Shown in pieces: positions 27,668 through 36,589 of a DNA stretch of 50,830 nt. The position numbers were made by a program, and so were the translations under genes. Location: NCBI GenBank assembly GCA_049583555.1, contig JBAUWA010000007.1:1-50830 (forward strand). The letters run 5' to 3'. The notes beneath the pieces are model-generated. The model was not told the origin of the DNA. It searched no databases and was given only the letters and a program-made list of their open reading frames with translations. Numbering within the stretch: position 1 is the stretch's first letter; each line of letters begins with the position of its first letter. The DNA is from Candidatus Dormiibacterota bacterium. Lineage in GTDB: Bacteria; Chloroflexota; Dormibacteria; Aeolococcales; Bog-877.

Positions 27668-30502
27668 GTGGACCGATCTACCGGCGACCCAGAACCAGCC
27701 TCGGCGACCGCGTCTGGAGCTGCCCACACGCCGCGCGCGAACTCAGCCGGACCGGACGCGGTAGCGGCCGCTGGAAGCCGGGGCCTGCGGGTGGAGAGGC
27801 ACTTCAGCCAGCCAGGGGTGCACCCATTCGACGCCATCGAATGGGAGTACCGCACCGCCAACATCGCCAACGAGAAGGGCGAGACGGTGTTCACCCAAGA
27901 AGAGGTCGAGGTGCCCGCGTCCTGGTCGCAGCTGGCTACCAACGTGGTGGTTTCGAAGTACTTCCGTGGGCTTCAGGGCAGCCCCCAACGCGAGTCGAGC
28001 GTGCGCCAGCTCGTCTCCCGAGTGGCCGACACCATCAGGGACTGGGGTCGCAACGGAGGCTACTTCGCCAGCGCCGAGGACTTGGAGACCTTCCACGCCG
28101 AGCTCACCGCCATCCTGGTCAACCAGGTCGCCGCCTTCAATAGCCCGGTCTGGTTCAACCTGGGAGCGGATCCAAATCCCCAGGTGAGCGCCTGCTTCAT
28201 CAACTCGGTCGAGGACACCATGGCCTCGATCCTGACCCTGGCTAAGACCGAGGGGATGCTCTTCAAGCACGGCTCCGGAACTGGAACCAACCTCTCCTCG
28301 ATCCGCTCCTCGGTGGAGCACCTAGCTAGCGGCGGTACCGCCAGCGGACCGGTCTCCTTTATGAAGGGATTCGACGCCTTCGCCGGGGTCATCAAGTCCG
28401 GGGGCACCACCCGCCGCGCCGCCAAGATGGTGATCCTCAACGCTGACCACCCCGACATCGTCGAGTTCATCAACTGCAAGGTCCGCGAGGAGCGCAAGGC
28501 TTGGGCTCTGATCGAGGCAGGCTATGACGGCGCCTTCACCGGCGAGGCCTACGCCTCGGTCTTCTTCCAGAACTCCAACAACTCGATAAGGGTCACGGAC
28601 GAGTTCATGCGCGCCTTCCTGGAAGACAAGGAATGGCGCACCTACGCGGTCACTGACAAGAGCCGGGTGGTGGGCACCTACCAGACCCGCGACCTGATGC
28701 GGCAGATCGCCGACGCCGCCTGGGCCTGTGGTGACCCGGGACTGCAGTTCGACACCACCATCAACGAGTGGCACACCTGCCCCAACTCGGGCCGGATCAA
28801 CGCCAGCAACCCCTGCTCAGAGTTTGTTTTCCTGGATGACACTGCCTGCAATTTATCCAGTATTAACTTGATGAAATTCCTAGGCGAAGATGGCGTTTTT
28901 GACGTCGAGGCATACCGTCACGCCATCCGGACCATGCTCACCGCCATGGAGGTCATGGTGGGTTACGCCACCTACCCCACTCCCCAGATCACTGTCAACA
29001 GCCACCGGTTCCGCCCTCTCGGTCTGGGATATGCCAACTTGGGCGCGGTCCTGATGGCGCTGGGACTGCCCTACGACAGCCCCCAGGCCCGCGACTATTC
29101 GGGAGCGCTGACCGCCATCCTCACCGGGGAGGCTTACGCCCAGTCGGCCCGGATCGCCAAGGAGGTTGGTTCGTTCGAGGGGTATGAGGTCAACCGCCAG
29201 CCGATGCTGCGGGTGATCGAGAAGCACCGTGGGGCGGCCTATAAGATCTCGGACGAGAACGCGCCGGTGCCATTGCTGGCCGCCGCCCGCAACGCCTGGG
29301 ATGATGCCCACGAGCTGGGCGCGGTGTACGGCTATCGCAACTCACAGGCGACCGTGCTGGCCCCGACCGGGACCATCTCCTTCATGCTCGACTGCGACAC
29401 CACTGGGGTCGAGCCTGACATCGCGCTGGTCAAGTACAAGAAGCTGGTCGGCGGCGGGCTGCTGAAGATGGTCAACGGGACTGTGCCCTCGGCCCTGCGC
29501 AAGCTGGGCTACGGCGAGGAGGCGACCTCCGCCATCTTGGCCTACATCAACGAGCACGACACCATTGAAGGTGCGCCTCACCTCCGGGACGATGACCTGG
29601 CCGTGTTCGACTGTGCCTTCCCTCCAGCCAATGGCCAGCGTTCGATCAGCTGGCAGGGGCACGTGCGGATGATGTCGGCGGTCCAGCCCTTCATCTCCGG
29701 AGCCATCAGCAAGACCGTCAACCTGCCCCAGGACGCCACCCCCGAGGACGTGGAAAAGGCCTACACCGACGCCTGGAAGCTGGGGCTGAAGGCGATCGCC
29801 GTCTACCGCGATGGCAGCAAGCGCAGCCAGCCGCTCTCCACGTCGCGCAAGCAGGCGACGTACAGCGGTCAAGAGGCGGCGGAACCGAACCTGGCCGCAC
29901 GACCAGCCCGGCACCGACTGCCCTCAGAGCGGGCGGCCATCACTCACAAGTTCGACATCCAGGGCCACGAGGGCTACCTCACCGTCGGTCTCTATGAGGA
30001 TGGTCAGCCGGGCGAGATCTTCCTCAAGATGGCCAAGGAGGGCAGCACCCTCAGCGGCATGATGGATTCCTTCGCCACCTCAGTCTCGGTGGCGCTCCAG
30101 TACGGCGTTCCCCTGCGCCTTTTCTGCGCCAAGTTCGCTCACACCCGGTTCGAGCCAGCGGGTTACACCGGAAACCCGGAGATCCCGATCGCCAAGTCGA
30201 TCGTCGATTACATCTTCCGCTGGCTGGCGGCGCGGTTCCTCTCCGCCGAGGATCGCGACGCGCTGGGAATCATCAGCCGCCGCGAGGAATCGGACGACAT
30301 CGCTGCGATCGCTGGCGCGGTCACCCCGACCGCAACCGCTCCGCCCGGTGTCGGATATGCCAGTGCTAAGCAGCTGTCGTCTGAGTTGACATTTCGCAAC
30401 CAGGAGGACGCCCCGTCCTGCTCGGATTGCGGGTCACTGATGGTGCGCAACGGGGCGTGCTACAAGTGCATGAACTGCGGGAGCACGTCAGGCTGCTCGT
30501 GA
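27668..30502 (+). CDS. nrdJ: Adenosylcobalamin-dependent (class II) ribonucleoside-diphosphate reductase
   Basis: 944 aa. GTG start with an AGGAGG SD. The N-terminus (VHPFDAIEWEYR...VVVSKYFRG) is characteristic, the fold is RNR class II, and the C-terminus is a Cys-rich zinc ribbon (CSDCGSLMVRNGACYKCMNCGS). Confidence 0.9.
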   Translation: MDRSTGDPEPASATASGAAHTPRANSAGPDAVAAAGSRGLRVERHFSQPGVHPFDAIEWEYRTANIANEKGETVFTQEEVEVPASWSQLATNVVVSKYFRGLQGSPQRESSVRQLVSRVADTIRDWGRNGGYFASAEDLETFHAELTAILVNQVAAFNSPVWFNLGADPNPQVSACFINSVEDTMASILTLAKTEGMLFKHGSGTGTNLSSIRSSVEHLASGGTASGPVSFMKGFDAFAGVIKSGGTTRRAAKMVILNADHPDIVEFINCKVREERKAWALIEAGYDGAFTGEAYASVFFQNSNNSIRVTDEFMRAFLEDKEWRTYAVTDKSRVVGTYQTRDLMRQIADAAWACGDPGLQFDTTINEWHTCPNSGRINASNPCSEFVFLDDTACNLSSINLMKFLGEDGVFDVEAYRHAIRTMLTAMEVMVGYATYPTPQITVNSHRFRPLGLGYANLGAVLMALGLPYDSPQARDYSGALTAILTGEAYAQSARIAKEVGSFEGYEVNRQPMLRVIEKHRGAAYKISDENAPVPLLAAARNAWDDAHELGAVYGYRNSQATVLAPTGTISFMLDCDTTGVEPDIALVKYKKLVGGGLLKMVNGTVPSALRKLGYGEEATSAILAYINEHDTIEGAPHLRDDDLAVFDCAFPPANGQRSISWQGHVRMMSAVQPFISGAISKTVNLPQDATPEDVEKAYTDAWKLGLKAIAVYRDGSKRSQPLSTSRKQATYSGQEAAEPNLAARPARHRLPSERAAITHKFDIQGHEGYLTVGLYEDGQPGEIFLKMAKEGSTLSGMMDSFATSVSVALQYGVPLRLFCAKFAHTRFEPAGYTGNPEIPIAKSIVDYIFRWLAARFLSAEDRDALGIISRREESDDIAAIAGAVTPTATAPPGVGYASAKQLSSELTFRNQEDAPSCSDCGSLMVRNGACYKCMNCGSTSGCS

Positions 30503-30514
30503 GCTGAGCTGAGC
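30500..30514 (+). repeat. (TGAGC)x3 pentanucleotide tandem repeat beginning at the nrdJ stop codon
   Basis: tgagctgagctgagc followed by taagagctga. Related AGCTG-rich motifs recur at 31631-31651 and 33621-33655. Confidence 0.5.
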
Positions 30515-30585
30515 TAAGAGCTGATCTGGAGGCATTTGCGAGTTTCGCCCAAACTGCTGGCGAGTTTTGTAAAGGCGGCTGGAAC

Positions 30586-30626
30586 GAAAGCGCTCAGGGA
30601 GTAATCCTCGAGCGCTTTCTTATGCT
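30586..30626 (+). terminator. Candidate intrinsic terminator downstream of nrdJ
   Basis: AAAGCGCTC...GAGCGCTTT inverted repeat (9-bp stem, 13-nt loop) followed by a CTTATGCTC T-rich run. Confidence 0.4.
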
Positions 30627-30822
30627 CTCAGCCCTTCTGGCGCCCCAGGGCGACGTGTGCCAGCGGACCACCTAAAAGAAGTAGTCCCCGGGGACGCCGA
30701 TGCCTAAGGGACTGGGACTTGGACGACGCTAGAAGGCTGCCGGACGCAAGGGAGCTCGGGAAGCCTCAGTTGGAGAGCTAGACACCGGTTGTGCCGTCTG
30801 CGCAAGATACCGACCGGCCCCT

Positions 30823-31239
30823 TCAATCGCTTGATTTCGCGGCTCCGGGGCGTCGTATTCGGCAGCGCGGCCCGGCAGCGTTTGCCAAGTTGTCGTCCCC
30901 GGTGACGAGATCGGTATTCAACCATTCGGCCAGCGCGACGTACCATGCGTCGTACACCGTCAGGTTGTCCTTCAGCTCCCATACCCGTGGTATGAACGGC
31001 TCGAAAGGATACTCGACCGTCCTTACATGGCGGACTTGTTCGAGCGCCGCCGCCGCGCGTATCGAACTCAGCGCACTGCGGATGACGAGTCCGCGAAGCG
31101 CAGATACCGCCTCGGCACCGAAGATGGCCGGCACTTGCAACGTCGCTAGGCCTCCTAACTCTTCGCGCGCCAGCTCGCCGTGACTGCCGACACCTACAAG
31201 GGCGTCAACGAAGACGGAGGCGTCGACGACACTCATCAC
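30823..31239 (-). CDS. vapC: PIN-domain ribonuclease toxin (VapC)
   Basis: 138 aa. Opens with a VVDASV... motif and carries conserved acidic residues, including a C-terminal TGDDNL. It starts 8 nt after the antitoxin stop. Confidence 0.8.
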   Translation of the reverse strand: MMSVVDASVFVDALVGVGSHGELAREELGGLATLQVPAIFGAEAVSALRGLVIRSALSSIRAAAALEQVRHVRTVEYPFEPFIPRVWELKDNLTVYDAWYVALAEWLNTDLVTGDDNLANAAGPRCRIRRPGAAKSSD

Positions 31240-31247
31240 CGGCTCCG

Positions 31248-31490
31248 TCAGTGAGCCGATCGATCGGCTCGTACCAGTTGCGCGGTCGGCATCCGGGCGA
31301 AGCCTTCTGGACCCCCGGCCAGCAATCGATCCTCGGTCTCGGCCACGAGCTCAGCCGGGGTCCTTAGGGTCGCGTTCAGCTCCAACTCGGACAGCAGGAA
31401 CTCCTGGAGGCTCATCCCGGCCGCAGACGCGCGGGTTTGATAGATACGGTGGACCCGTTCCGGGACGTTCCGAATTTGGATGGTCGCCAT
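31248..31490 (-). CDS. vapB: Ribbon-helix-helix antitoxin (VapB, FitA/StbC-like)
   Basis: 80 aa beginning MATIQIRNVPERVHRIYQTRAS, the RHH beta-strand and helix typical of FitA-like antitoxins. It lies upstream of vapC. Confidence 0.8.
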   Translation of the reverse strand: MATIQIRNVPERVHRIYQTRASAAGMSLQEFLLSELELNATLRTPAELVAETEDRLLAGGPEGFARMPTAQLVRADRSAH

Positions 31491-31491
31491 G

Positions 31492-31517
31492 GCGCTAGTA
31501 TAGCGCTTTGAGCGCTA
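31492..31517. promoter_or_regulatory. Overlapping palindromes GCGCTAgtaTAGCGC and TAGCGCTttgAGCGCTA abutting the vapB start; candidate operator and leaderless promoter
   Basis: Three TAGCGC(T) half-sites in alternating orientation sit directly 5' of the ATG. A minus-strand TATACT hexamer lies 6 nt upstream of the ATG, with no SD. Confidence 0.45.
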
Positions 31518-31655
31518 AAGTGCAGGCTGGTGGCCACAGGCGCGTAGCCGCAGGCGTGTGACTACCCGCGCGCGGGAGAGGAAGCGCCCGATGTCCGCCC
31601 GCCAAGCCTGATTCGCTCCCCCGCAACACTGAGCCGAGCTGGCTGAGCGGGGCGG

Positions 31656-32009
31656 TCAGCCTCCGAAGGCTTGCTCGATCCGGACGGTGAGGAGCTTGTG
31701 CACGAGGGACGTGGGAAGGCACACGTCAACGGGGAACTGAAGAGCTCCCGTCGACGTCACGTATGCAGCTACCTCCTCTCGGAGTTCGGGAAACACGGAT
31801 CCGCTATGCGGGAAGTAACTTAGGTGTCTTTTGAATGCTGCAAAGCCAGCGATCACCTTGCCCTCCAGCCTGAAGGCTGGCACACCGTACGAAATGCCCT
31901 GGTCGGCGTCGGGAACAAAGTCTAGGATGATCTGGCGCAGCTCGCGAAGAGTAGAGCGCTTGGGCTCCTCGAGTGCCGCCAGGTAGGCGTCAACCTCTTC
32001 CAGTGACAT
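31656..32009 (-). CDS. DUF1801-family protein (YdhG-like)
   Basis: 117 aa with conserved EEVDAYLAALEEPKRSTLRELRQIIL... and ...ISYGVPAFR... motifs. Confidence 0.7.
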   Translation of the reverse strand: MSLEEVDAYLAALEEPKRSTLRELRQIILDFVPDADQGISYGVPAFRLEGKVIAGFAAFKRHLSYFPHSGSVFPELREEVAAYVTSTGALQFPVDVCLPTSLVHKLLTVRIEQAFGG

Positions 32010-32011
32010 AA

Positions 32012-32032
32012 GAGCACTATCTGATAGTGCTC
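32012..32032. promoter_or_regulatory. Perfect palindrome GAGCACTATC-t-GATAGTGCTC, 2 nt upstream of the DUF1801 start codon
   Basis: 10-bp arms. It could be a repressor site or an RNA hairpin abutting the start codon. Confidence 0.3.
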
Positions 32033-32247
32033 AGGAATGCGTCAAGCGCAGCCTCTGCCCGTCGTCCACACGGTCTAGAGCGGACCCTTTCCGGGGCATG
32101 GGCAGGACTCCTTACACAGCCCGGTCGCGCTGCCGTACCTTCCCGACGACATCGGTCCGCCGCTAGATGAAGGACCCGGCGCTTGCGCAGGCAGTGCTGG
32201 GGCTAGGACGGCTCGCCAGAGCACCGAGACGCACCATTGCATCATGG

Positions 32248-32442
32248 TCAAGCGGCCGGTGGTCGACCGCGCTTGGGTAGGGGCCCGGCCCTCCTAGGCA
32301 TGCGTCCGGCCTCGGCCAGAGCGCGCCGCAGCACCATCTCTACCTGGGAGTTGACACTACGAAACTCATCGGCTGCCCACCGGGCCAAGGCATCGTGGAC
32401 CTTGGGGTCAATGCGCAGCAGTACCTGCTTACGGTCACTCAC
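32248..32442 (-). CDS. Arc/MetJ-type ribbon-helix-helix DNA-binding protein
   Basis: 64 aa. VLLRIDPKVHDALARWAADEFRSVNSQVEMVLRRAL matches the Arc repressor signature (RSVNSE..). Its start lies 3 nt after the SPFH gene stop. Confidence 0.7.
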   Translation of the reverse strand: MSDRKQVLLRIDPKVHDALARWAADEFRSVNSQVEMVLRRALAEAGRMPRRAGPLPKRGRPPAA

Positions 32443-32445
32443 GGA

Positions 32446-33363
32446 TCACGAGTAGAGCGTCCCGGTATTGACTATGGGTGAAGCTGGTTGGTCACTGCAC
32501 AGTACGACCATCAGATTGCTCACCATCGCCGCTTTGCGTTCCTCGTCAAGCTTGACGATTCCGCGCTCTTGCAGCCGGTCTAGCGCCATTTCAACCATCC
32601 CGACGGCGCCGTCAACAATGCGAGAGCGGGCCGCGACGACTGCGTTGGCCTGCTGCCGCCGCAGCATGGCTTGGGCGATCTCCGGTGCGTAGGCGAGATG
32701 GCTGATGCGGACCTCGACGATCTCGACCCCGGCAATGACGACGCGTTGTGCCATCTCGGCGGCGAGCTCGCCGGCGACGATATCGGTCGAGCCGCGCAGT
32801 GAAAGGCCCTTGTCTGCAGGGTCATCGTAGGGATGCGTGGTCGCAACATGCCTAAGCGCCGACTCTGCTTGGACACGCACGAAGTTGAGGTAGTCATCGA
32901 CGGCAAAGGAAGCACGCGAGGTGTCGGCAACTTGCCAGACGACGATGGAGGCAATCTCCACCGGATTGCCATCAGCGTCGTTCACCTTCAGATGGCTCGT
33001 CTCGAAGTTCCTGACCCGAGTGCTCACGGTCCGCCGGTCGGCGAGGGGCAGGATCCAGGACAGGCCGGTCCGGCGCACGGTGCCCACGTAGCTGCCGAAG
33101 AAACGCACGACTTTGGTCTGGCCCGGCTGCACGATGACCAGTGAGCCCGCGATGAGTACGGCCACCACTATCGGCACCGCGATGATGGCCTTAACCGAAC
33201 TGTGGTAGAGGGGGAAACAAGCGGCGATGCAGACGGCGACGACGAGAACGCCGAACCACCCGCTGAGGGACCACGCTTGCCGCTCGCGGATTACGACGCG
33301 AGTTCCCGAGTGGCCGACGGGAGTCGCCTGGGGGTCCTGGTACGGCTGGACGGGCTGGCTCAT
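32446..33363 (-). CDS. SPFH / band-7 (stomatin-prohibitin-like) membrane protein
   Basis: The true start is ATG at 33361-33363, with an AAGGAGG SD 5 nt upstream. Two TM helices precede the SPFH core and a C-terminal coiled coil. The track ORF to 33675 is an upstream run-on. Confidence 0.85.
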   Translation of the reverse strand: MSQPVQPYQDPQATPVGHSGTRVVIRERQAWSLSGWFGVLVVAVCIAACFPLYHSSVKAIIAVPIVVAVLIAGSLVIVQPGQTKVVRFFGSYVGTVRRTGLSWILPLADRRTVSTRVRNFETSHLKVNDADGNPVEIASIVVWQVADTSRASFAVDDYLNFVRVQAESALRHVATTHPYDDPADKGLSLRGSTDIVAGELAAEMAQRVVIAGVEIVEVRISHLAYAPEIAQAMLRRQQANAVVAARSRIVDGAVGMVEMALDRLQERGIVKLDEERKAAMVSNLMVVLCSDQPASPIVNTGTLYS

Positions 33364-33394
33364 CACTTCCTCCTTAGAGGTCCTCTCGCTAAAC

Positions 33395-33413
33395 TGATAT
33401 TTATATGATATCA
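33395..33413. promoter_or_regulatory. AT-rich palindrome TGATAT-ttatatg-ATATCA with an embedded TATAAAT (-10-like, minus strand), upstream of the SPFH gene
   Basis: About 45% GC against roughly 68% in the surrounding window. It lies 32-50 nt upstream of the SPFH ATG. Confidence 0.35.
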
Positions 33414-33783
33414 CTTTCTTAGCGTTGGGCAAACCCTGTCCACACACAACGAGAAGTGGGACGTACGCAGGGACCACGATTCCGTTCGTTGGTAAGTCCG
33501 CCACCTGGTCGTAGGACGCCAAGATCGCCGATCTCAAGCACCAAGATCTCGGATATCTGAGGAACCCCGCGCGGACTCCTCCAACCCCACCTCTCCCGGC
33601 CCGGTAGAAGCTAGCCAATGGGCCGAGCTGAGCTGGCTGATATGAGTTCAGCTGGGGCCAAGCCGGCCTACCCAAGAAGCTGAGGTCCTCGGAAGGCTAG
33701 GGCTCGTCACCGGGCAGCATGAGCTCAGTGCGGGGTCCGGATCCTCCCCCACAGACCGGTCCAGAGCGTCTGCTAGTGTCGCC

Positions 33784-35799
33784 GTGGCATCCCCTCCTAA
33801 CAACCCTGAAGTCGGAGTTAGACCGACGGACCACCACGAGATCGAGCTTTCCAGCGGAGCAATCACCTTTCTTTTCACCGACATCGAGGGTTCAACGCGC
33901 TTGGTCAAGGCGCTTCGGGAGCGCTACCCGCGGGTCCTCACCGAGCATCGACGCATAGTCCGTGTCGCCATTGCCGACCATGGTGGTCACGAGCTGGACA
34001 CGCAAGGCGACGCTTTTTTTGTAGCCTTCGCGAACGCCAAGGCGGCCGTGCTCTGCGCGCTGGAAATGCAAACGGCACTGGCCGGCCACGAGTGGGTGGA
34101 CGATTCGCAGGTCCGCGTACGGATCGGTATTCACACAGGACAGGCGATCCCAACAGGCGAAAGCTATTCTGGGCTTGCGGTCCATCGGGCAGCCCGCATC
34201 TGCTCTGCCGCCCATGGCGGCCAGATACTGATCTCTCAGGCGACTCAGGCCATCCTCGAAGATGAAGAGGAGGACTTGCCATTTAGGCTGCTCGACCATG
34301 GTCAGCATAAGCTCAAGGATCTGGATCGAGCTGTGCGACTCTTCGAGGTCGTGGACGGTGACCGCGGTAGCCACACGTTGCCGCCCCCTGGTTCTGAAAG
34401 CCTTCGTCGCATTGTCGTGCTCCCATTTGCCAACATCAGTCCCGATCCTAACGACGAGTACTTCGCCGATGGCATGACAGAGGAACTAATCGAGAGGCTT
34501 GCTCACGTCAAGGGCCTCAGAGTGATCGCCCGCACCACCGCAATGCATTACAAGGGCAGTCAGGAGACCGCCCTTGAGATTGGCCGCGCCCTGCGCGTTG
34601 GCATGGTGCTCGAGTGCAGCGTGCGTAAGGCTGCCAACCGGATACGTATCACTGCCCAGCTCATCGAGACAAGCTCCGAAGAGCATCTCTGGTCGGAGCG
34701 GTACGACCGGGCACTCGACGACATATTCGCCATCCAAGACGACATTTCCGACAAGATCACGGCAGCTATCTCCACTCACCTGACGGGTCTGGGAGGACCG
34801 GTCACGATAGCGAACATTCACGCCGAGGTGGACACCATTGACATCGTGGCCTACACCGACTTCCTGCAGGGCCAAAGGCTGTTGCACGTCAAGTCCTCGG
34901 AGGAATCAATTCGCCAGGCCCTCGCCCTTTTTGAGAGGGCGTTGGCTCGCGACGCCGATTTTGCTCGCGCTCGCGTGGGCATTGCCTCTTGCTACCTTTG
35001 GCTCGCGGGAGAAGCTTCCCTGCCACTTGTCGACTCCGACCGGAGGGCCAGGGAGGAGCTGATGGCAGCTCTCGCCCAAAACGACGGTCTCGCGGAGGCG
35101 CACTCGACACTAGCCGGAATGATGCTCGGCGAGGACGACCTAGCGGGAGCTGCTCGCGAAGCTCGCCGCGCTATCGAGCTCAGTCCCAGCTTCTCAGATC
35201 CTTATCGTTGGCTCGCACAGCTGGAGGCGGGGGCCGGCAACCTTGAGGAAGCTTTGCGGTTGCTCGAAGCCGCGTATCGGCTCGACCCCCTCGATGTCAA
35301 TATCATCGCCTTTCTCGGAAGGTGCTACTTCTACACGGGGCGTGAGACTGAGGCTCTCGAGTTTTGGGATAGGTTCCAGTCACTGGTACCGTTTCGCATC
35401 AACGCTCACCGTACCGAGTACTACCTTAGCCGCGACGACTACAAGAAGGCTGAGGGCAGCCTCCACGAGATGGAGCGCCTCCGTCCGGAAAGCGCATGGG
35501 TGCTTATGTACCGGGGGTTTTTGAGTGCGCGGAGAGGAGATTACAAGGTCGCGCGGCAGTGCATTGAGACTCTTGAGGAGCTCGAGCGGGGAGGAGCCCT
35601 CACCTGCTTCTTTGTGGGTTTTATCTACTTCGCGCTGGACGAGATGACCTCATTCTGGACATGCATGGAGCGCGCACTGAAACTACACTCACTGCCACTC
35701 ATGGAGCTCATGTGGTCGCCACTCTTCGAGAAGGCTCGAGGCGACAAGCGCTACTTGTCTCTACTCCAGAGGCAGGGTACTCAATCTCACTCCGCCTAG
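33784..35799 (+). CDS. Class III adenylate/guanylate cyclase with a TolB-N-like module and C-terminal TPR repeats
   Basis: CHD motifs FLFTDIEGSTRL, GDAFFVAFA and VRIGIHTGQA. These are followed by VVLPFANISPDPNDEYFADGMTEELI and TPR-like helical repeats. GTG start. Confidence 0.85.
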   Translation: MASPPNNPEVGVRPTDHHEIELSSGAITFLFTDIEGSTRLVKALRERYPRVLTEHRRIVRVAIADHGGHELDTQGDAFFVAFANAKAAVLCALEMQTALAGHEWVDDSQVRVRIGIHTGQAIPTGESYSGLAVHRAARICSAAHGGQILISQATQAILEDEEEDLPFRLLDHGQHKLKDLDRAVRLFEVVDGDRGSHTLPPPGSESLRRIVVLPFANISPDPNDEYFADGMTEELIERLAHVKGLRVIARTTAMHYKGSQETALEIGRALRVGMVLECSVRKAANRIRITAQLIETSSEEHLWSERYDRALDDIFAIQDDISDKITAAISTHLTGLGGPVTIANIHAEVDTIDIVAYTDFLQGQRLLHVKSSEESIRQALALFERALARDADFARARVGIASCYLWLAGEASLPLVDSDRRAREELMAALAQNDGLAEAHSTLAGMMLGEDDLAGAAREARRAIELSPSFSDPYRWLAQLEAGAGNLEEALRLLEAAYRLDPLDVNIIAFLGRCYFYTGRETEALEFWDRFQSLVPFRINAHRTEYYLSRDDYKKAEGSLHEMERLRPESAWVLMYRGFLSARRGDYKVARQCIETLEELERGGALTCFFVGFIYFALDEMTSFWTCMERALKLHSLPLMELMWSPLFEKARGDKRYLSLLQRQGTQSHSA

Positions 35800-36080
35800 G
35801 CGGTCGGGAGCGCGCCAAGGCTGTCTTGCTTACTCGTCGCGGTACGCACTGGCAATCGGGCTTACGCTGAGGCTCGCGAGTCGAGCCGCTGCGACAAGCA
35901 GCTCTCCATCATCCGGACGGCAAGAGCCGCTAATGCCTCTAGTCAGGGTGATAGACCTTGGCCGGCGAGGCTCTCATCTCCCGGTCTGAGGTGAGCTCTC
36001 GGAACCGGCGCTGGAGGCAGTAGACCGGTTGCTGGCCACTGCTTCTCTAGGCAGCGCGAGCTGGCGCCTAAACGGGCCGG

Positions 36081-36455
36081 TCAGAGGTCAGGCGGGGGCG
36101 CGCTCGCCTCCTCGACGGTCAGCTCCGCCGCTGGGTCGGCTTCCAAGCGGTCATCTGGGATGGGCAGCCCGCTGCGCACGGAGCGGCCAAAGACTCCCCG
36201 TTCAAGGCGGCCCTCGGCCCGCTCCAGAGCGGCCAGCCGCTGGCGCAGCGCGCGGGTGACCGCATCGTCTACCTCTTCAGCTGTGAGGGGCTCCGCAAGA
36301 TCCGCTGGCTCTCCTCCGGGCTCGTCCGCAGCGAGTCGCTCGCCCCGACCTGAAGCCTCCACCTGGCCTAGCAATCGGGTGACCCGGGTTCGCTCCGCCC
36401 GGAGCAACTCTCGGGCCCGTTCTTGGTCCATCTGGTCTCCTGCAGTGGTCGGCAA
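36081..36455 (-). CDS. DksA/TraR-family protein lacking all four zinc-finger cysteines
   Basis: The C-terminus (GRLERGVFGRSVRSGLPIPDDRLEADPAAELTVEE) aligns with DksA ([28 protein letters not shown]), with Cys replaced by S, S, T and E. An N-terminal coiled coil with an acidic tip is present. Confidence 0.6.
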   Translation of the reverse strand: MPTTAGDQMDQERARELLRAERTRVTRLLGQVEASGRGERLAADEPGGEPADLAEPLTAEEVDDAVTRALRQRLAALERAEGRLERGVFGRSVRSGLPIPDDRLEADPAAELTVEEASAPPPDL

Positions 36456-36589
36456 GCGGAGAAGGTGGCTGAGTCAGTGGCTCGGCAGTGGTGGAGTGGA
36501 CGCCGAGCAAACCAGCCTTGGCTGAACTGCCCGCCGATTGGCAGTCTAGCGCCGGTGAGCTAGCGCAGAGCGGCGAACCCGGATGCGGT

